Below, piece by piece: positions 25,464 through 38,569 of a stretch of 59,695 bases of DNA (positions are counted from its first letter, which is position 1; each line of letters starts with the position of its first letter). The stretch is from Chiloscyllium plagiosum. Lineage: Eukaryota. A program made the translations under genes and the position numbers. The stretch covers positions 105,811,461-105,871,155 of the forward strand of contig NC_057718.1 in the NCBI RefSeq assembly GCF_004010195.1, given 5' to 3'. The notes beneath the pieces were generated by a model. It saw nothing but the letters and a program-made list of their open reading frames with translations. It searched no databases and was not told where the DNA came from.

Positions 25464-26762
25464 TAGAGTCATAGAGATGTACGGCATGGAAACAGACCCT
25501 TCGGTCCAACCTGTCCATGCTGACCAGATATCCCAACCCAATATAATCCCACCTGCCAGCACCCGGCCCATACCACTCAAAACCCTTCCAATTCATATAC
25601 CCATCCAAATGCCTCTTAAATGTTGCAATTGTACCAGCGTCCACCACCTCCTCTGGCAGCTCATTCCATACACATACCACCCTCTACGTATAAAAGGTCT
25701 CGTTTATATCTTTCCCCTCTCACCCTAAACCTATGCCCTCTAGTTCTAGACTCCCCGACCTCAGAGAAAAGACTTTGTCTACTTATCCTATCCATGTCCC
25801 TCATAATTTTGTAAACCTGTATAAGGTCACCCCTCAGCCTCTGACATACCAGGGAAAATAGCCCCAGCTTGTTCAGCCTCTCCCTATAGCTCAAATCCTT
25901 CAACACTGGCAACATCCCTGTAAATCTTCTCTGAACCCTTTCAAGTTTCACAACATCTTTCCGATATGAAGGAGACCAGAATTGCACGCAATATTACAAC
26001 AGTGGCCTAACCAATGTCCTGTACAGCCGCAACATGACCTCCCAACTCCTGTACTCAATACTCTGACCAATAAAGGAAAGCATACCAAATGCCTCCTTCA
26101 CTATCCTATCTACCTGAGGAGTTCGTGGTTGTGGCGTAAGCATGGATCTAGCACAGGATCATTTATGTAAATGACAAAATGTAGAGGGCCCAGCACCGAT
26201 CCTTGTGGCACTCCACTGGTCACAGGCCTCCAGTCTGAAAAACAACCCTCCACCACCACCCTCTGTCTTCTACCTTTGAGCCAGTTTTGTATCCAAATGG
26301 CTAGTTCTTCCTGCATGCCATGAGATCTAACCTTGCTAATCAGTTTCCCATGGGAAACTTTGTCGAACGCCTTACTGAAGTCCATATAGATCACATCTAC
26401 TGCTCTGCCCTCATCAAGCTTCTTTGTTACTTCTTCAAAAAACTCAATCAAGTTTGTGAGACATGATTTCCCACGCACAAAGCCATGTTGACTATCCCTA
26501 ATTAGTCCTTGCCTTTCCAAATACATGTCCATCCTGTCCTTTAGGATTCCCTCCAACAACTTGCCCACCACGGAGGTCAGACTCACCGGTCTATAGTTCC
26601 CTGGCTTGTCTTTACCGCCCTTCTTAAACAGTGGTACCATGTTTGCCAACCTCCAGTCTTTCGGTACCTCATCTGTGACTATCGATGATACAAATATCTC
26701 AGCAAGAGGCCCAGCAATCACTTGTCTGGCTTCCCACAGAATTCTCGGGTACACCTGATCAG
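25464..26762 (-). mobile_element. Young CR1, RT and 3' end, with an internal deletion and filler
   Basis: ORF 26110..26754 (214 aa, RT motifs) and ORFs 25661, 25453; ctctatgactcta tail. Confidence 0.95.
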
Positions 26763-27279
26763 GTTAGTCTTGGTACTAATGATTCCTCGTGTCCTGGTAA
26801 GTATTTATTATGTATTTTTCTGATGCTTAAGCATTAATTACATCAAGCTTGTCCTCCAGAGCACAATTAATTCTAATGGAGGTAAAACATAACAGGTCAG
26901 TTGCTCCTATTTCACCCACATTCAAACTCAATTAAAGCTCTGGACAAAAGGTAACAACTTCACAAAAAAAAAACAAGGGTCAGAAAATTACTCAAATTGT
27001 ATTCACAGTTATTTCCCTAAGTAAAAGGAGGTAGTTAAGAATCTGGGTCATAACTTGTAAGTTGGCAATCAGTTGTAAGTAGATTATTACAAAACTACTT
27101 TTCATTAAAAAGACGTCATATCAAAAGATCATGTTAAGATACATAGACTTACCATGAGGAACCAAAAGGTATGCAAACTGGTGCTATTAACCTTCAAATT
27201 TTTGTGAAATCTTAATACAAGCTACTGAAACAAATATTTTCAGTAATATCAACAGACTGGAGGCTAGAATCAGTTTAAA

Positions 27280-27960
27280 ACATAAACGTAGAAAAAAAAG
27301 GAGTAGGCTATTCAGCATTTCAAGCTTAGTCCACCAATCTTTATGATTATGGCTGATCAGTCAACTCTATTCTGAAGAAGGGTCACTGAACCTGAAACAT
27401 TAATTCTGTTTTCTCTCCACAGTTGTTGCCAGACCTGCTTAGTTTATCCAGCAATTTCTGATTTTGTTTCTGATTTCCAGCACTTGCAGTTTTGTTTTTG
27501 TTTGGTTTAGTGCCCTTTTCCTGCTTTCTTCCCTTATCATCTGAACTCATTAGACACAAGCATTAGATTTAACTCCAACCTGAAAATATTTAACAGTTTA
27601 GCATTTTCTGTGGCAGAGAGCTTAGTTCTCTCTGGGTGAAATAATTTCTCCTCATCTCAGGCCTAAATGGCCTACCCCACATCATCAGACTGTGACCCCT
27701 GGTTCTAGCCTCCCCAGTCATCAGGAACATGCAACCTGCATTTATCCCATCTTGTCCTGTTAGAATTTCATAGCTTTCTAGGAGATCCCCCTTCATTCTT
27801 CTAAACTCCTGTGAATATAGTACTAACCAATTGTCTCTATTCATATGTCAGTCCTGCCATCCCAGAAATCATTTTAGTAAACCTTCGCTGCATTCCCTCT
27901 ATAGAACATCTTTCCACTAATATGGAGACCAAAACTGCAACAACCCAGGTGTGGTCACAC
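27280..27960 (-). mobile_element. Old CR1 3' end interrupted by a PLE family C remnant (27369-27505, plus)
   Basis: ORFs 27590 and 27837; insert begins ttctgaagaagggtcactgaacctgaaac. Confidence 0.75.
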
Positions 27961-28009
27961 CAAGACCCTGTGCAATCGCAACAAGTCATCCCTTCAATTT
28001 TGTTTAATC

Positions 28010-28575
28010 TATGCACAGGACGTGAACGCCACTGGCTAGCTAGCATTTATTGCCCGTCCTTAGCTAACCTTGAGAGTGGTAGCAACTTGCCTTCTCAATA
28101 TGCTGCAGACTATTTGACGCAGATTGACCCATAATGCCATAAGGGAGGAAATGCCAGGGTTTTGATGTAGCAACAGTGAAAGAATGGTGATATATTTCCA
28201 AGTCAGGATAGTGAGTGTCTTGGAGGGGAACTTGGACATGGTATTCCTAAGTATCTGCTGCACTTGTCATTCTAGATGGAAGTGATCATGTGTTTGCAAT
28301 ATCATGCCTAAAGGTCACTGGTGAATTTTTGACAGGCTTTGAGGAGATGAGTTACTTGTTGCAATATTCCTAGTCTCTGACATGCTCTTGTAATAACTGT
28401 GTTTATGGTGTGAGTCCAAATGAGCTTCTGGTCAATGGTAACTCCAAGCATGCTGACAGTGGGGGAATTCAGTTATAGCAACACTATTGCATATCAAGGG
28501 GGAGGGGGGGGTGTTAGATCATCTCTTATTGGAGATGGTCATAGCTTGCCATATGTGAGGCACTAATGTTACTTG
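28010..28575 (-). mobile_element. L2/CR1-clade LINE 3' end
   Basis: cactggctagctagcatttattgccc tail; ORF 28060 KTLTILTWKYI. Confidence 0.65.
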
Positions 28576-28750
28576 TGTTATGGACCAGGCCGGACCCCTC
28601 AGAACATTTGAAGAAGGTAGCCCAGACCCTAACTTTGCTGGTTGTTTAAAGCAGGTTAAAAGTGGATATTCCAGGAGAGAATCAGCTGGTCAAACGACTT
28701 AGTTTTAAAACAAAACAATTTATTTACAAGATTACTGAATAGAACACAGA
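28576..28750. mobile_element. Possible LTR fragment
   Basis: Starts abruptly with TGTTATG and has a reverse-strand AATAAA (tttatt, ~28719); no partner LTR seen. Confidence 0.3.
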
Positions 28751-28754
28751 ATAA

Positions 28755-29100
28755 AGAAAATTTACAGCCCAGGAATAGAGCCTTCGGCCCTCCAAGCCTG
28801 AGCCGATCCAAATGTACTGTCTAAACCTGTCGTCCAATTCCTAAGCATCTGTATCCCTCTGCTCCCCACCTACTCACGCATCTGTCCAGACGCATCTTAA
28901 ATGAATCTACCGTGCCTGCCTCTACTACCTCTGCTGACAACGCGTTCCAGACACCCATCACCGTCTGTGTAAAGTACTTGCCGTGTGTATCCCCCTTTTC
29001 ACCTCTCAACTTGAAAGCATGACCTGTCGTTATTGAATCCTTCACCCTGGGAAAAAGCTTATCTCTACCTACCCGGTCTATACTCTTCATGATTTTGTAG
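28755..29100 (-). mobile_element. CR1 3' fragment (different subfamily)
   Basis: ORF 28821 YKIMKSIDRVGRDKLFP...WNALSAEVVEAGT. Confidence 0.85.
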
Positions 29101-30159
29101 CTTCTGTTTAATATCATTTCTAAAATCTTTTTCGACGTGCCTTGGGATTTTTTTTTGCTGAAAGCTGCAGAACAAATGCAAGTTGATTTTTTTTGTTTGA
29201 AGTCAACAAGGATCACAAAAGTCTCCATATCAAATATTGACGTATAAGCAGGTAAAATATCACATTCACATTCTATATGGCATCCCCAACATTAGCAAAA
29301 TATGAAGCCTTTGAGGCAGACATGTCTGGACAGGACTGGATATGGTTATCATACAATGATGAAAGTTCCCAGTATCTGAAACTTGTTTCATCAGGTATTT
29401 TAAAACATTGTGAAGAATTATTTTTTGCAATAGTTCTAACTTGGAATTATCTATAGCAATTCTTCCTACCAGTGAGTAAGCTATAGCAGTTGTGTAAATT
29501 TATTGGCAACGTTTGGATCAGGCCATGACTCTGAGACTCAAACTGAACTCCTAGCCAGATCCACTTATCAAGATCTAATCTCCAGAGTGGCTTTGTCAAT
29601 ATGACTGTTCATTTTTTAATCCTTTTTAATTGCTTGATGCTTCATCTCTTGTAGGTGGAATGTCCACAACCTTTGTATTGTTCTGTTTCCTGGATATCTG
29701 GGTATTTTTGTGTGCTACAGTACTTTAAGGAACAGAGAATGTGGCATCACGTACTGATTCTCTCTCATCTCCACAGGATTCCGGGCCTCCGGAAAATAAA
29801 AAAAACAATAAGTCTATTTTTAGGTTTGAACTGTCAAGCAAGTTTAAGAATAATAGAACAAGCAGTTAGCAGTAACAAAACATATGTTCACAGTTGTTAG
29901 CAACCTTACAAGCTTCTCTTATATTAAAACAAAAGGTGAATAATTCACATATCTGTGTTCAACTTTTTTTCATTTGTATTCTTTCTTCCATATTATGATT
30001 CAGCTCATTCTCTTCAGAAGGAAAAAACTGCTGGTTAACTGGTGTACACAAGAGATCCCCAGCTAATTTTTGAATAGATGGGCTTCAGATCGCTTTCACA
30101 GGTCAGCGTAACATCGAGGGCTGAAGGGCCTGTACTGCGGCTGTATTGTTCTATGAGGA

Positions 30160-30360
30160 GGGGAGTTTTCCATAGATCCTGATCAATATTTATACCTTAA
30201 GTCAACCAATTCTCAGCTCATTGTTTGTGGAGCTTTCTGTGCACAAATTGGCTGCCACATTGTTAGCATGTGACTATGCTTCAAAGATCCTTTATCGGCT
30301 ATAATGCACTTTGGGACCTGCCTTATGTTATGAAAGATGCTACATAAATGGAAGTCTGTA
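30160..30360 (+). mobile_element. Deu-domain SINE 3' half
   Basis: ttgtttgtggagctttctgtgcacaaattggctgccacat; reverse complement of 11860-12080. Confidence 0.7.
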
Positions 30361-30919
30361 CTCAGACCAGAATACGGATATCAGAATATGGATGTAGGAC
30401 CTTCAATCTACCTGCTATATAAGAATGTAAGAATTAGGAGCTGGAGTAGGCAATTCAGATCATTGAGACTGCTCGGCCAGTTGATAACGATCTTGGCTGA
30501 TCTCATCTTGGACTCAGTTCCACTTTATTGCCCGCTCTCCGTAATCCTTCAACCCGCTAGTATACATATCCAGTACTGATTATGCTGACATAATGTCAAC
30601 TTAAATAGTGTTTTTATTGCACGGCTTCCTGAAGAACCCTATTAAGGACTCTGAAAATCAGTATCAAGCAAGTTTTGAGTTTCTGCTCTATAGAAATAAA
30701 GCAGAAAATATACTATGGCTTCATAGCTAGATGGTCAGAAACATGGGCAGCACTGACAGGGAAACCAAAAGCAGTTATTTCATAAAAGCATACAACAATC
30801 TGAGTGAATTCAAGTTGGACATCGAAGTCCATCATTATTGAGATTAAGACCATTTCAGATTTCCCCAGATTTTGTTCAGGTCAAATTGCAGCATGGGAAT
30901 TAAACCAAAATTTAACAGC

Positions 30920-31830
30920 AAAAACATTACACTGGAATTGTATAAAACATTGGCTAGGCGGTAGCAAGAATATTATGTGCATTTCTAGAATTCACATTAT
31001 AGCAGGGATGTGATAGCATTGGAGAAGTTGCAAAAGAGATTTACCAGGATGTTACCTGGACCAGAAAGTTTCAGTTATGAAGGCAGATTGGACAGACTGA
31101 GGTTGTTTTCCTTAGACAATGAAAGAAAACAAGACTAAGATATACAACGTTATGAACAGCTTATATAGGGTTGACAAAAAGAAACTCCCCCTTGATACAG
31201 CAATCAATGACCAAGGGGCATAGCTCTAAGAAAAGGGGCAAAAGGTATAGAGGAGATGTGAGGAAAATTGTTTTCACCCACAGGGTGGAGGGAATCTCAA
31301 ATTCAATGTGCATAAGGGTAGAAGAGGCAAAAATACTGATAACATTTAAGAAGTGTTTAGATGTGCATTTGCAATGCCAAGATATATTCATGAGCGGCAC
31401 GGTGGCTCAGTGGTTAGCACTGCTGCCTCACAGCACCAGGGTCCCAGGTTCGATTCCAGCCTCGGGTGTCTGCCTGTGTGGAGTTTGCACATTCTCCTAG
31501 TGTCTGCGTGGGCTTCCTCCGGTTGTTCTGGTTTCCTCCCACAGTCCAAAGATGTGCAGTTCAGGTGAATTGGCCATGTAAAATTGCTTATAGTGTTAGG
31601 TGCATTAGTTAGAGGGAAATGGGTCTGGGTGGGTTACTCTTCGGAGGGTCGGTGCGGAGTTGTTGGGCCGAAGGGCCTGTTTCCACACTGTAGGGAATCT
31701 AATCTAATATAAAAGTAATGAATTTAAGTGCTGGAAAACAGGATTAGAATAGTTAGGTGGTTGTTTTGACTGGCATAGACGTAATGGGCTGAACGGCCTT
31801 TTTATGTGCTGTAGACCTCTTTGATTCTAT
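30920..31830 (+). mobile_element. Old CR1 3' end with a full-length HE1 SINE nested at 31392-31708
   Basis: ORF 31171 RGDVRKIVFTHRV; HE1 A box, B box, V-domain and (aatct)n tail; CR1 tail resumes at ~31710. Confidence 0.88.
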
Positions 31831-32585
31831 GGCAGCACATAACAAGTGTGAAAGCCAGTAACTAGTCCAGCATGCCACAAAGAACTAATGCCTAGCTGAA
31901 TTGTCCCAACATTTGAACAATAAGTTCAAATTTCATTTAACTGAATCTCAAATGAAAAGTTTTCAAAAACATCCAGTTTTCAGACAGCTAGATTTTAGAT
32001 GTCCAGGCATACCATCCTCCCTTCCTGTTGTATTAGCATTACAAACCAACAGGTCAAAGTAGTCACTTGCAAATTTGCTCAAGGGAGAAGCCAAGTGGCC
32101 CACTCAGTTCAACTACAAACTTGACATGTAATGTATTCAAGTATGTCTGATTTCATACAATTGTCTAGTTCTGCACAGCATTTAAGATTTAGCTCAAGAT
32201 TATTATTCTCGTAGCAACATGTTCATTTTACATTAATTGGAGGAGATGGACAGGGACATTTTAAATAACTGATTAAAATCACAATAGCTGCAACAGCTTA
32301 AAACATCTGGTGAATGCAAAAATAAAACTGACATTGAAATAAAAGGTTTGTTGCCTTTCTCTTTTCTCAATTTTCACCCCTCTTCTCCCATAGGTGTTGA
32401 TTCGTTGCTAAATTAACAATTGATGGGTTGGGGAGGAGTCAGATAGGAAATTTTCACGTGAGCTGACATGCAATTTTACTTCAAGAAGATTCACAATTCT
32501 CACCTGTTAGCTTGACACACGCATGAATTTCATACACAGACAATTTTCCCCTCCCAACACAGTACGCTGAGAAAAATTTTAATTA

Positions 32586-32668
32586 GCAAATTTGAGAAGA
32601 TTTATAGCTAAGGTTGAGGTTCTAGATGAAAACGAACCTTCCAGCTCAGTAGGCAAACCTACATTCAT
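32586..32668. mobile_element. 83-bp PLE family B mini-insertion (two inverted terminal pieces), 12-bp TSD
   Basis: aaattttaatta at 32574-32585 and 32669-32680; interior matches 34090-34165 in both orientations. Confidence 0.72.
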
Positions 32669-33659
32669 AAATTTTAATTATACTGACAGTAGGTCAGTAT
32701 TAAGAAAGTGGGATTTATTAACGATTTCCACACTGAAACTGGTGGCTTATTCTGCTCATTACTAGCTTGAACTAAAAACTCTCTTAAATACTGAATCATT
32801 CAGGCTGCTTTCAATGATAGGGGAACTAAAATTATAAAAGTAACTTTGGAAAGAACACAATAGGTTTCTGATTTGTACACAAGTATTGAAATATATTGCA
32901 GTTAATAGCAATGTTTAGCAACAACCATTATGGTGAAAATCAATACTTCATTTCCAAAAACAGCATACATACATGGCAAGCTTAAATGCTTAATAAATAT
33001 CAGTAGAATCCAGAAAAATGGACAATAGATTTCTTCATTATAAGTAATGTGTCTTATGGCTTTGCCCATTGTGCAAAGAATATGGTTTTAATCCCAGCAG
33101 CAGGAATGGAAAATATCTGGTGTATTTCAAGGATCTATAGTAGCAGATGATTGGATGATTGCATATTGCCTGCAATTATCCCTTTGACAGAAAAGGGATA
33201 AGGCTCCAGAATTTGGCAATAACACATTTAAGCTGCTGGAATTTGGCAATATGAAGGGATTGTTCAGGTTAGTATTTACTATATTGTGGAAAGTAACACA
33301 GAACTAGAATTAGGCAGGTGGGAAGTATTTTGTAAGATTTAACTCACTGATAAATTCCTGGTGCCTGTGAGCAGCAAAGGGAGTAAAGCATGGCAGCACT
33401 GAGTTAGGATAGCAGGCAGTCAAAGTCTGCCAGCACCTGTCAGTAATTCTGGAATCTTTCAAAATAGTACATTGGTGATTGGTTTGTGGAATTTTGTATG
33501 TCTTTCAGTGTATGCTTCAGATGTCACTGTTCTCACAGATGTTAACATTAGGACACTCCCATGTCAAAGCAAGGAACAAAGTGTTAGTGATAATATCTTT
33601 CATTTTCCATTCAAAATTCAGCTTAACAAATAACCCAAATTAAGATGAATATTGATAAT

Positions 33660-34168
33660 GGATGAAAGTTGAAGGTTCATTTTCAGGTGTTCCATCACCA
33701 TACCAGATAAGATCATCAGTTAGCCTCCTGTGATCATCAAAGAGCCACAAAAAAGACATGGCCCACTCTCACTAGTATCCTTACATACAGATGAGGAAGG
33801 ACACCACTTTGACTGGGACAACACATCCATCCAAGGACAAGCCAAACAGAGACACACATGAGAATTCCTAGAAGCATGGCTTTCCAACCGGAACTCTATC
33901 AACAAACACATCAACTTGGATCCCATTTACCTCTCTCTGAGAAAAAGAACAGCAAATGACATTTCCACAGGAAATGGCATCACCAACCCAAGGAATCCTA
34001 AACACATGAATAGAAAGCAGGTCACGAACACCAGTGCTTCACAGGAGACTCACTGAAGAGGTTACCTAGTATGGTGACGAAATGTCTTAAAATGAACCTT
34101 CCAGCCCAGTGAGCAAACTTACATCCAGAACCTCAACCCGAGCTACAAATTTTCTCAAAACTCACAAG
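33660..34168 (+). mobile_element. PLE family B: endonuclease C-terminus and terminal repeat, 5' inverted piece, 10-bp TSD
   Basis: Translates RATKRHGPLSLVSLHTDEEGHHFDWDNTSI...EFLEAW..N.NSINKH; tattgataat at 33650-33659 and 34169-34178. Confidence 0.85.
34050..34088 (+). ncRNA. Minimal hammerhead ribozyme motif (PLE family B)
   Basis: CUGAAGA-G-GUUACC-UAGUAU-GGUGAC-GAAAU-GUC. Confidence 0.55.
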
Positions 34169-35141
34169 TATTGATAATATCTGTTTTATCTCTCAATTAA
34201 ATATGCTTTCTGAAGCTTTAGAATTACAAAACTCTGATATATACAATCATCACAGTTCTGACTCCATGTAACAATACCCTCTCTGTTTGAAGAAAACGAA
34301 CATTTACCTGAATAAAACTTTTGAAATGCACTCAACTTTTCATAAAAGTATTTTGACAAATAACTGTATAGATTTCCTATGGACAAAGTCTGCATCTATT
34401 GAGACCTATGCTAAGAAGGTCAACGAATAAGCAAGTGGTGCCCATAACCCAATCTGCTTCAATCTGATTCCTATGGGGAACATGGGAAGCTGTAGCTGAA
34501 GTTCAGCCATGACCTTGCTGAATGGGGAAGCAAGTTCAAAGACCCAAACAGCCTACTCTCATCTAATTCTCATCTAATGCACATCAATTCCCATTTTTGT
34601 TTATTTACTTTCAAAGTAAAATGATACAGGACTGAAAAAAAACACAAATAGAGTGCGAGATTGTCCTTATTAACAAGTAATGCAAATATTTATAAAACTC
34701 AAGTTCAGGAAAAAAAACATTACTTAGAAAACTCTGAGAAAATGGGTTACAAAACCTAGTCAGTAGTGTTCTTTTTACTGCAATTGAGTATCTGTATTGC
34801 CTTTGGGTTCATATGTAAGTAAATTGCTAATATATTATTTTATACAATACAGCAAAAACATTTAAGACATAAACACAGTACCAACATTAATACAAGTTAG
34901 ACTTCTGCCAATTACATCAGAAAATATTCCAAAATGAAAGGTTAGTGGGAAATGTTGTTTTACGGACAGGTTTAATTCCCAGATCAGCAAAAATTCTTAA
35001 TGTAAAGAACTCTCCCTTCCTTCCCTGCCAATAAAACTGCTGCCGCTAAATGTCTACCAGGAACAAGTTAAAGCTCCTTAAACCATAAAACACTATAAAA
35101 TAACAATAAATTTCAAATACTTGGCTACATCAACTTTAATG

Positions 35142-35490
35142 CAGCACGGTGGCTCAGTGGTTAACACTGCCGCTCTCAGCGCCAGGGACTTGGGTTCGAT
35201 TCCAGCCTTAAGTGACAATCTGTGTGGAGTTTGTACATTCGCCCCGTGTCTGAGGGGGTTTCCTCCAGGTGCTCTGGTTTCCTCCCACAGTCCAAAGATG
35301 TGCAGGTTAAGTGAACTGGCCATGCTAAATTGTCCATAGTGTTCAGGGATCTGTCAATTAGCGGCATTAGTCAGGGATAAATATAGATGATAGGGTAGGA
35401 GAATGGATCTGGGTGGGTTACTCTTCGGAGGGTAAGTGTGGACTTATTGGGCCTAAGTGTCTATTTCCACAGTGTTGGGATTCTAATTCT
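35142..35490 (+). mobile_element. Full-length HE1-type V-SINE
   Basis: gcacggtggctcagtggttaacactg, ggttcgattcc, V-domain and tail. Confidence 0.92.
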
Positions 35491-35764
35491 AAAAGAAACA
35501 TTGATCATCTTGCAATTTGACGTAACTCAAAGTATTTACAGTGAATATTAAGAATTACAATTGTGTACTAAATGTTATTAATTTATTGCTGTTTGCCCCA
35601 CTTTTACCATCTTGGGGCAGTGGGACTAGTTAAATTACTCCGACATAGAGCCAAAATGAATATGATAGCCAAATGCTCTCCTGTGCTGTAACTATTTTCT
35701 GATTTCTAGTGCGTCTTACAGGTAGGACGATGGGTGAAAGATTAAAAATGCATATAATAACTCT

Positions 35765-36125
35765 GAGGCTGAGGGGTGACCTTATGGAGGTTTATAAATC
35801 ATGAGGGGCATGGATAGGGTAAATAAACAAGGTCTTTTCGCTGAGGTGGGGAGGTCCAGAACTAGAGGGCATAGGTTTAGGATGAGAGGGTAAAAATTTA
35901 AAAGGGACCTAAAAGGGGCAACTTTTTCACACAGAGCTGCCAGAGGAAGTAGTGGAGGCTGGTACAATTACAACATTTAAAAGGCAGCTGGACGGGTATA
36001 GGAAAGGTTTAGAGGGAAATGGGCCAAGTGCTGGCAAATGGGACTAGATTAGGTTAGGATATCTGGTGGGCATGGACAAGTTGGACTGAAGTGTCTGTTT
36101 CCGTGCTGTACATCTCTATGACTGT
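35765..36125 (+). mobile_element. Young CR1 3' end
   Basis: gaggctgaggggtgacctt...catctctatgactgtg; reverse complement of 18302-18700. Confidence 0.9.
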
Positions 36126-36129
36126 GTTT

Positions 36130-37665
36130 TTAATTACTTTGTGGAATGCAATTTTTAATGCTCTTCTTTAATTGCTTGAGAAGTTGGTGAGCTACCTTTT
36201 TGAACCACTGCAGTCCATCTGGTATATTCTTAGTTTATGTATAAAGTTTGAACAGTGGTGTTTGGGAGGAAGTTCAAAGATTTTGATCCAGTGACAGTGA
36301 AGAATAGAGGTACAGTGTGGAACTTTCCCATGCCTTAAGTGATGTTGGTAACGGCAAAAAATGGAAAATACAGTGAGAATGAAAATGTCTGATTCTAAAT
36401 GTCAGGGGAAAAAAATCTAATTTTCCCCTTAACGTTTCAACAGTGAATTCAGAATCTCACTTGTAAACCTTCTTTCCAAGTATTTGTATCTCATTAATAC
36501 CTAACCTCATTTTTTATAAACAGTTTGCAATTCCCTTTTCTCTCCTGAGGAATTAGACAGTGACATTTCCAACTTGGATGTAAGAGTGGTTACCTGGTAG
36601 ATGCAGCTCACCGCTTGCTTGTCCAAGCCTCCATTCCAATGCCCCTTCACCAATATGACATTGGCTGTGGAGCATTTAATGTCCTCCTCCACCCTTCAAC
36701 CAGTGAAGTTGATATCATCAAACCATCAGGCTCATCGCTGATGATCTTGGAAGAACTCTGAATACACTTCAGGCCTTCACTTTGGAACTCAGGGACACGT
36801 TTGGCTTGCTTGCTCCTGGACACAATTTCTCTGTACTTATTCACTAAAATTCCTCAAATTTTAACAGCTCCATCACCCATTAACTTTCTCTATTCCAAGA
36901 AGATCAACACTAACTTCTCCTGTCTCCATTTAACATAAGTCTTTCATTTTTATACCATTCTAGTAAGTCTTCTCTGCACCCTCTCAAGATCCTTACCAAA
37001 ATGGGATGCCCTGAATTTGCCAAAAAATCTCCTGCTGTGATATAACTTTTATATTGGTTTGGCAGCAATTTCTTGCTTTTCATTATTTATAATGCCAAGG
37101 AACCCTTTTGCTTTAACATCCTTCACAAACTGGACAGCCATCTACAAAGCTTTGCATACATACAATTTCAAGTCCCCCTATTCCTGCAGCTTGTAAATTG
37201 TCCCAGTTTGTATTCCCTCTACTCGTTCTACGTATGAAATTCACTTCTCTGGCTTAAACTTTGTTTTCCATCTGTCTTTCCCTTTCACTATGTTATTATC
37301 CTTATTGTTAACTATAGTGGAGCTTCATGTCATCTGCAAACTTTGAAACTGTGGTATACTTCCAAGTTCAGCCATGAATGCATATCAAGAAACAGCAGTG
37401 GCTCTAATGACGACCTCTGGGGAATACTTCCTCCTATTCTAAATATTAGAATAAAACAAATGTAACATTTTGGTTTTAACTAGAAATTGTCAAAGTCAAA
37501 CAGTTAATTGCAGACAGCTTTGATTTAGAACATAGAACATACAGCGCAGTACAGGCCCTTTGACCCTCGATGTTGTGCCAACCTGTGGAACCAATCTGAA
37601 GCCCATCTAACCTACACTATTCCATTCTCGTCCATATGCCTATCCAATGACCACTTAAATGTCTA
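36130..37665. mobile_element. Cluster of old L2/CR1 fragments and a CR1 tail (37527-37665, minus)
   Basis: gtcatctgcaaacttt (KFADD on minus) at ~37330; agaacatagaacata tail; degraded L2-like pieces at 36130-36830. Confidence 0.6.
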
Positions 37666-38569
37666 TTACTGTTAAATAAACAATAAATAAGAATAAATTA
37701 TCAAGTGGAACAATACAGTCCTGGATAGCACTTTTGTCCCTGCTTTTATAAAGAGCAGTTATCTGATTTTACTTTCTTATTCATTAAGCCATAGATTGAT
37801 GTAAGCGATAAACGTGGTAAGACAACCAAATTACTTTTAATAATCTGTGAATTGATCAGAGAACTTCAAAGCATATTGTTTTTGAAAATAACTTTTTAAG
37901 GCCTGCTAAAAAATCTGAAGACTTATCAAAATGTAAAATATTATAACTTTTCCCAAATATCAATATACTTAGGTTTTGTTTCTACAATAAATGTAGCAAT
38001 TAAATCCCAGAACCAGTAATTACTGCTCAGAATTTCAGAGACAACTGTTTGCTCAACTAGTCTGACCAAAAAAATCGGAGAACCATTACCATGCTGTTTT
38101 CTGACTGATTTGTTTAGTCCCAAAGTACTAATGTCTCTTCCCATGATTCCAGGACTTACTGTTGTCACTGCTTCTCAGTTCGAGGACTCATTACTACCAC
38201 TTTGGCATCAATTGCCCTAGTCCTCACTTCCAGCTGCATTTCTGCACTAACTTTTAACGATAAGTAGTCTACCAGTAATGAAGTGAGAGTCAGAAGGCAA
38301 ACAATCGTTGAGAAGGAGTAAGAATGTAAACTGGCTAAAATACTCAAACATTAACAGATTAGCAGTAATCACTAAAGACATCGCAGAACATTTTCCTTCA
38401 CCTCGCATAAAGCGGGCTCAATACCTGCCCAATTATTTCACTAATTATTGATGTAAGAATCATTGATCTTACACTAATAATTGGAAAAATAATGGAATTA
38501 TTGGAATCATTTGGTTTACATACAACGACTTAGTAACTGCCAGCACACACAGAAGAGATTCCTGACTTA

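Noticed and set aside
26110..26754. Long RT ORFs (here, 10194, 38639) as host genes, or retron/CRISPR-linked RTs
   Set aside because: They are multi-copy, truncated CR1 ORF2 pieces in eukaryotic intronic DNA; no repeat-spacer array or prokaryotic context exists.
31392..31465. tRNA gene-like A and B boxes (also 35142, 48428, 15512)
   Set aside because: They are SINE heads continuous with the V-domain and LINE-derived tail, not stand-alone tRNAs.
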